Origin: Thermoanaerobaculia bacterium
GTDB lineage: Bacteria > Acidobacteriota > Thermoanaerobaculia > UBA5066
Length of the DNA stretch: 64,000 nt
NCBI GenBank assembly: GCA_038245905.1
Contig: JBBRRY010000010.1
Span: 1-64,000, forward strand
Reading direction: 5' to 3'
Shown here: positions 59,403 through 64,000 of the stretch, piece after piece
Layout: every line of letters starts with the position of its first letter
Numbering within the stretch: the first letter of the stretch is position 1
Notes under the pieces: model-generated
Seen by the model: the letters and a program-made list of their open reading frames with translations, nothing else
Told to the model about the DNA's origin: nothing
The model's database searches: none
Position numbers and translations under genes: made by a program

Positions 59403-59660
59403 ATGACCACCCGGCGTGTTCTTGTGCGCTGACGGCCCCTTCTTGAGCTGAACGCTCCGACAGATTCTGTCGATTCTCCCTGGGCGGGGAGCCACTTTGT
59501 TGTGGATGAGAACTCAATACAGGGCGCTTTTCGCCCCCGGCCTGACCGGACGCCGTGACCGCGGACACCAAAGAGCGGTTTGACGCGTGAGGTTGGCGCA
59601 CTTAGAGACGGAGCCGGGTGGTTTCCGGGCGCGGGCACCGGTCCGGCAGCAAATGTGAAT

Positions 59661-61370
59661 ATGAACCGGGCATTTTTGCGGTTTAGGGGCCGAGGTCTCG
59701 CGGCGGCTGGGGTCGTGCTGGCGGCTCTCGTGGGCGCCAGTCCTGGTCGCGCGACGACCTACCTCCCGATCACGGACGCGGACCTCATCCGGCGTTCGTC
59801 CGTTGTCGTGCGGGGTGCCGTCGAGTCCGTGCACGTCGAGGAGGGGCTGGCCGGCTTCGTCACCGTCTATCGCTTTCGCGTCGAGGAGACATGGAAGGGC
59901 GGATCGGCGCCGGAGATCGAGGTCCTCGTCCGGGGCGGGTCGAACGGAACGCGGGGGACGGCGGTCTGGGGAATGCCGGAGTTCCGGCCCGGCGACGAGG
60001 AGGTCCTCTTTCTCAACGCCGGCCGCGACGGACGCTTCCGTGTCAGCGAGCTGATGCTCGGCGCTTTCGAGGTCGTCGAGGACGCAGCAGGGAAGCGCTT
60101 TGCGATGCGGACGCGTCTCGCGCTCGGCGACGTCGGATACGCGCGCGTCGCGCGTGAGGACGGCGAGCCTTCCGACGAGGCCGAGCCTGTTCGTGAACTC
60201 GCTGCGTTCCGCGCGGTCGTCCGCGAGCCAGCGTCGTACGCGGCGCGCGCGCGGCTCGCCGCGGCAAGCCACTCCGTGGCGGGAACGCTACTCCCGCGTA
60301 CGAGCGGGCGGCGCACCCCGAACTGGGTCCTCGTCAATCCGCCGAATCAGTCGCGCTTCAACTGGAGCCCGGGAGGGCAAGCCACGGCTTCCGTCGGCTA
60401 CACGCCAGGCGGACAAGCGAACCTGAGCGACGGGTCCGCGGGGATTTCGCACATCGCAACGGCCGTGAGCTCGTGGGTGGGTGTGACGGGCGCGAACATC
60501 CGACTCGCGGCGCCCACGGCCGGAACGTCCGGCGTGACGATCGTCGTCAACCTGAATGTCGCGGCCGACCCGTACGGCTTCTGGACGACCCCCTTCTGCG
60601 GCGGAGGCGTCCTCGGCGTCGCGAGCTCGCACTATTCCGGAACGCACACCTGGGCGGGCGGGACGTGGTTCAGTTCGGTCTCGGGAGGCGTCTGGATCCG
60701 CGCCTACTCGTGCCCGACGAACGTGTCGTACTACGCGAACGTCCTCCCGCACGAGCTCGGGCACGTTCTCGGCTTCGGCCATTCCGACATGGCGGTCGAC
60801 GTGCGGGACGCGAACAGGGCCAACAACTGCCTTGCGACCATGAAGTCCTGTCTAGGTCCGTGCGGTCAGGCCCCGTGCAACTTGGTCGACAACGTCAGGA
60901 TCCCGTTCACGCTCGGGGCCGACGACATGGAGGTCGCGCGCTTCGTCTATCAGGCGGCGAACCCGCCGCCCCCTCCACCTCCGGCCGTTTCCGCCGCGAC
61001 GGGATTCAACGCCGTCGCTCCCTGCCGCGTGCTCGACACGCGCAACGCCGCGGGCCCGCTAGGCGGGCCGCAGATTCTCGCGAGCGGCTCGCGTTCGTTC
61101 GTCGTGACGGAAGTCTGTGGCGTGCCTCCGGGCGCCGTCGCGATCTCGGCGAACGTCACGGCGGTCAACCCCGCGGTGACCGGAGACCTTCTCGTCTACC
61201 CGAACGGCATCGCGTCCCCGCCGACGGCCTCCACGATCAGCCTCCGGGCCGGCCGCACGCGCGCGAACAACGCGCTCGTCTACCTTGCGCCGGACGGCAG
61301 CGTGATCGTCAAGAACGGCTCCGCGGGAACGCTGGACCTCGTCCTCGACGTGAACGGATACTTCCAGTGA
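59661..61370 (+). CDS. Secreted matrixin-like metzincin protease with C-terminal PCRxxDTR...GYFQ domain
   Basis: Signal peptide, N-terminal prodomain-like region, HELGHVLGFGH, Met-turn ATMK, poly-Pro linker, shared C-terminal domain. Confidence 0.88.
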   Translation: MNRAFLRFRGRGLAAAGVVLAALVGASPGRATTYLPITDADLIRRSSVVVRGAVESVHVEEGLAGFVTVYRFRVEETWKGGSAPEIEVLVRGGSNGTRGTAVWGMPEFRPGDEEVLFLNAGRDGRFRVSELMLGAFEVVEDAAGKRFAMRTRLALGDVGYARVAREDGEPSDEAEPVRELAAFRAVVREPASYAARARLAAASHSVAGTLLPRTSGRRTPNWVLVNPPNQSRFNWSPGGQATASVGYTPGGQANLSDGSAGISHIATAVSSWVGVTGANIRLAAPTAGTSGVTIVVNLNVAADPYGFWTTPFCGGGVLGVASSHYSGTHTWAGGTWFSSVSGGVWIRAYSCPTNVSYYANVLPHELGHVLGFGHSDMAVDVRDANRANNCLATMKSCLGPCGQAPCNLVDNVRIPFTLGADDMEVARFVYQAANPPPPPPPAVSAATGFNAVAPCRVLDTRNAAGPLGGPQILASGSRSFVVTEVCGVPPGAVAISANVTAVNPAVTGDLLVYPNGIASPPTASTISLRAGRTRANNALVYLAPDGSVIVKNGSAGTLDLVLDVNGYFQ

Positions 61371-63445
61371 ACGTGACCATGACTCGACGGGCGGCAGGCG
61401 TTTTCTTCGCGGTGGCGCTCGTTCTCCGTGCGCCCGTCGCGGCCGAGCGCCCGGCCGACCGCCTTGTCGCCACGAGACCGGGGCCGCTCTACGGCACCGC
61501 GGACGGGGGCGAGGCCGAGCTTCTCGCGTTCGACATGCGTCTTGCTCCAGCCCTCTCGTCGCTGTCCGCGGGAGAACGCCTCGCCGTCGACGCGTGGCCC
61601 GTCGCGCCCGGCGTTTTGCGCACGATGATCCTGACGCGGACCGAGGTCTATGCGCCAGACGCGAAGATCGTCGCGATCGGGAAGAGCGGCGAGGTCGAGG
61701 TCCCGCGCTCGACGTGGGTCTTCTTCCAGGGCCGCGACGTCAACGGCTCGGCCCGCGTTGCCGTCGCGCTCGACCCCGCCACGGGTGCGATGCGGGGGCT
61801 CGCAAGCTCCGAGCGCGGGCTCCACGAGCTGCTCCCGCCCGACGCGTGGACCGGCGGCCGACACCGGCTCGCGGCTCCCGAGACGCGGGATGCCGACGGA
61901 ACGCCGAGAACGTGGAGATGCGCGGAGGAAGACCTTCCCCTTGCTCCTTCCACTCCGTCGGGGCCGACGGCGGACGGGGGACCGGGACGCGAGTCCCTCG
62001 CCGCCCGGACGCCTCTCGCGGTGTTCTCGAAGTACGCCGTCGTCGCGATCGACACGGACAACGAATTTATGGGGACAAAATTTTCCGACAACACGACGAA
62101 CGCGACGAACTACATCGCGAACCTCTTCAACCTGATGAACATCATCTACGAGCGCGACGTCTCGCTCCATCTCCTCCAGGGCTACACGATCCTGCGCCTC
62201 TCGACCGTGACGGACCCGTATGTACAGAACTCCGGCAGCAACGCGAACGTCTCCGAGCTGAGCGAGTTCGCGAGCTACTGGGGTGCCCATTACGGCGGCG
62301 TGAAGCGAATGCTCGCCGCGTTCCTCTCGGGCAAACAGCCGACGACAAACGCGGCCTCCGGCATCGCGTACATCGGCACGCTCTGCAACACCGGATTCGG
62401 GTACAGCTTCAGCAAGATTCTGAGAAACCCCGGGGATAGCTCCTCGTTTGACGTCCTGATCACGGCGCACGAGATCGGCCACAATTTCGGCTCGCCGCAC
62501 ACACACTGCTATTCGCCCCCGGCCGATTCGTGTGTCTCGACGCCCAACCCTACGTCTTGCTACAATGGCGCAACTTCCTGCCCGGCGCCCTTGGTGATCA
62601 ATGGGTTCACCGCGACGGGCACCCTCATGAGCTACTGCCACCTGAGCTGCGGTGGCTCGACACTCGCCTTCCATGCGCGTTCGTTGAGCGAGTACCTGAA
62701 CGGGAACATTCTTTCGGCATCAACCGGGGCGTCTGCGTGCATCTTTGCAGGTTCCGTCGTTCCGGCAGGCCCAACCGTCTCCGGCATCGTCCCCGCAATA
62801 GGCTCGACGACCGGCGGGACCTCCGTCACGATCAACGGCACGGGGTTCGTGTCTGGCGCGACGGCGGCGTTCATCGACGTCACGGGCTCCGTCTCCCTGA
62901 CCTCCGTCGCCTTCGTGAACGCGGGCCAGCTCACGGCCGCGACGCCCGCGCACGGCGCCGGCGCCATGGACGTCGTCGTCTTCAACCCCGACAACTCCAC
63001 GGCGACGCTGCGGAGCGGTTTCACCTACACCGGCGTCGGCGGGCCGCCGCCTCCGCCGCCCGTCTCGGCTGCGACCGGCTTCAACGTGATCACGCCCTGC
63101 CGCGTGCTCGACACGCGCAACGCGGCGGGGCCGCTCGGCGGGCCGTCGATCGGGGCCGGCGGCCTACGCTCGTTCGTCGTGACCGGCGTCTGCGGGGTTC
63201 CGTCGGGCGCCGTCGCGATCTCCGCGAACGTCACGGCGGTCAGCCCGGCGGCGGCCGGAGACCTCCTCGTCTACCCGAATGGCATCGCGGTCCCGCCGAC
63301 CGCCTCGACAATCAGCCTCCGGGCCGGCCGCACGCGCGCGAACAGCACGCTCGTCTACCTGGCGTCCGATGGCAGCTTCCTCGTCAAGAACAACTCGGCG
63401 AGCGCGCTCGATTTCCTCGTCGACGTGAATGGCTATTTTCAATAG
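60987..63445 (+). repeat. Two colinear 384-nt copies (60987-61370 and 63062-63445) encoding the shared C-terminal domain
   Basis: Same length with no indels and long identical runs, e.g. CCCTGCCGCGTGCTCGACACGCGCAACGC and ATCAGCCTCCGGGCCGGCCGCACGCGCGCGAACA. Confidence 0.9.
61367..63445 (+). CDS. Secreted M12/reprolysin-like metzincin with IPT/TIG domain and C-terminal PCRxxDTR...GYFQ domain
   Basis: HEIGHNFGSPH, GTLMSYCH, IPT (PTV..I.P..GSTTGGT.VTI.GTGF), shared C-terminal domain. Start is GTG 61367 or ATG 61379. Confidence 0.9.
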   Translation: MNVTMTRRAAGVFFAVALVLRAPVAAERPADRLVATRPGPLYGTADGGEAELLAFDMRLAPALSSLSAGERLAVDAWPVAPGVLRTMILTRTEVYAPDAKIVAIGKSGEVEVPRSTWVFFQGRDVNGSARVAVALDPATGAMRGLASSERGLHELLPPDAWTGGRHRLAAPETRDADGTPRTWRCAEEDLPLAPSTPSGPTADGGPGRESLAARTPLAVFSKYAVVAIDTDNEFMGTKFSDNTTNATNYIANLFNLMNIIYERDVSLHLLQGYTILRLSTVTDPYVQNSGSNANVSELSEFASYWGAHYGGVKRMLAAFLSGKQPTTNAASGIAYIGTLCNTGFGYSFSKILRNPGDSSSFDVLITAHEIGHNFGSPHTHCYSPPADSCVSTPNPTSCYNGATSCPAPLVINGFTATGTLMSYCHLSCGGSTLAFHARSLSEYLNGNILSASTGASACIFAGSVVPAGPTVSGIVPAIGSTTGGTSVTINGTGFVSGATAAFIDVTGSVSLTSVAFVNAGQLTAATPAHGAGAMDVVVFNPDNSTATLRSGFTYTGVGGPPPPPPVSAATGFNVITPCRVLDTRNAAGPLGGPSIGAGGLRSFVVTGVCGVPSGAVAISANVTAVSPAAAGDLLVYPNGIAVPPTASTISLRAGRTRANSTLVYLASDGSFLVKNNSASALDFLVDVNGYFQ

Positions 63446-63455
63446 GGGAGTCGCC

Positions 63456-64000
63456 GTGCGAGGGACTCTCGTCCTCGCCGGACTCGTTCTCGCGGGCGCC
63501 GTGCGCGGCCAGGCCGTGCAGGGCGGCCCGCTTCCCGGTCCACTTCCGCTCTTCCCGCCGGACAACTGGTGGAACGCGGACGCGAGCATGGCGCCTGTGG
63601 ACGCGAACAGCGCCGCGTTCATCGCATGGATCGGCGCGACGAAGGGGATGCATCCGGATTTCGGCGGCAACTCCGCGCCCGCTCCGGAGATCTACGGCAT
63701 GCCGTACGTCGTCGTGCCCGGTACGCAGCCCCTCGAGCCGATGGCGTTCGACTACGCGTCCGAGAGCGACGCCGGCGCGCCGGGCAGGCCTCCAGGCTAT
63801 CCGATCCCGGCCGAGGCGAAGACCCAGAGCCACTGGATCGAAGGCGGGTACGCCGGCAACTGCGACTCCTCGACGCCGCCGTGCCGGGGCGACAAACACA
63901 TGCTGATCGTCGACGCGGACCACCGGCTCCTCTTCGAGACATGGAACACGCGCTGTGTGCCCCCGGGCTCGGCGTCGTGCACGTGGCGTGCGGGCTCCGG
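63456..64000 (+). CDS. Secreted conserved hypothetical protein, partial at the window edge
   Basis: Not in the ORF track. GGGGAG SD and GTG 63456; open frame VRGTLVLAGLVLAGAVRGQA...FPPDNWWN...PVDANS...HPDFG...YGMPY...ESD...YPIP...GDKHMLIVD. Confidence 0.8.
   Translation, partial: MRGTLVLAGLVLAGAVRGQAVQGGPLPGPLPLFPPDNWWNADASMAPVDANSAAFIAWIGATKGMHPDFGGNSAPAPEIYGMPYVVVPGTQPLEPMAFDYASESDAGAPGRPPGYPIPAEAKTQSHWIEGGYAGNCDSSTPPCRGDKHMLIVDADHRLLFETWNTRCVPPGSASCTWRAGS

Noticed and set aside
59594-59610. TGGCGC as a sigma-54 promoter upstream of the protease genes
   Set aside because: No GC at the -12 position.
56761-59660. tmRNA (ssrA), tRNA or integrase next to smpB
   Set aside because: No tRNA-like GGGG...CCA ends, T-arm or integrase motifs were recognisable.
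59430-59660. Riboswitch (e.g. c-di-GMP) in the largest intergenic gap
   Set aside because: The conserved aptamer motifs could not be identified by eye. An Rfam/Infernal scan would be needed.

Overview
High-GC bacterial chromosome segment, very densely coding. Gene style and families suggest Acidobacteriota, probably Thermoanaerobaculia-like (inference). The window opens inside an IS5/IS1182-type element inserted at a CTAG that is also the stop codon of a DoxX gene. Most of it is housekeeping: gltA, queF, lepB, fbaB, gatB, ftsEX, ruvC, yebC, an mtaB-like gene, accD, folC, dgt, glyA, nadE, ftcD, lpxC, ntrYX and smpB. Notable items: (1) three unrelated secreted proteins (a DUF11 protein and two metzincin proteases) end in the same ~125-aa PCRxxDTR...DVxGYFQ domain, a candidate sorting or surface-anchoring module; (2) a pseudo-receiver/Ser-Thr kinase/TM/TonB-C fusion protein; (3) an incomplete aryl-polyene/flexirubin-like KS-CLF, C45 and acyltransferase cluster; (4) a sigma-54-type promoter upstream of lpxC-DUF4390-ntrY-ntrX; (5) pervasive TANNNT-N6-8-start leaderless architecture, including a palindromic bidirectional -10 box; (6) a Phd-VapC toxin-antitoxin pair with a perfect operator; (7) two gene remnants. 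No rRNA, tRNA or CRISPR array was seen. All calls come from reading motifs by eye; no database searches were run.
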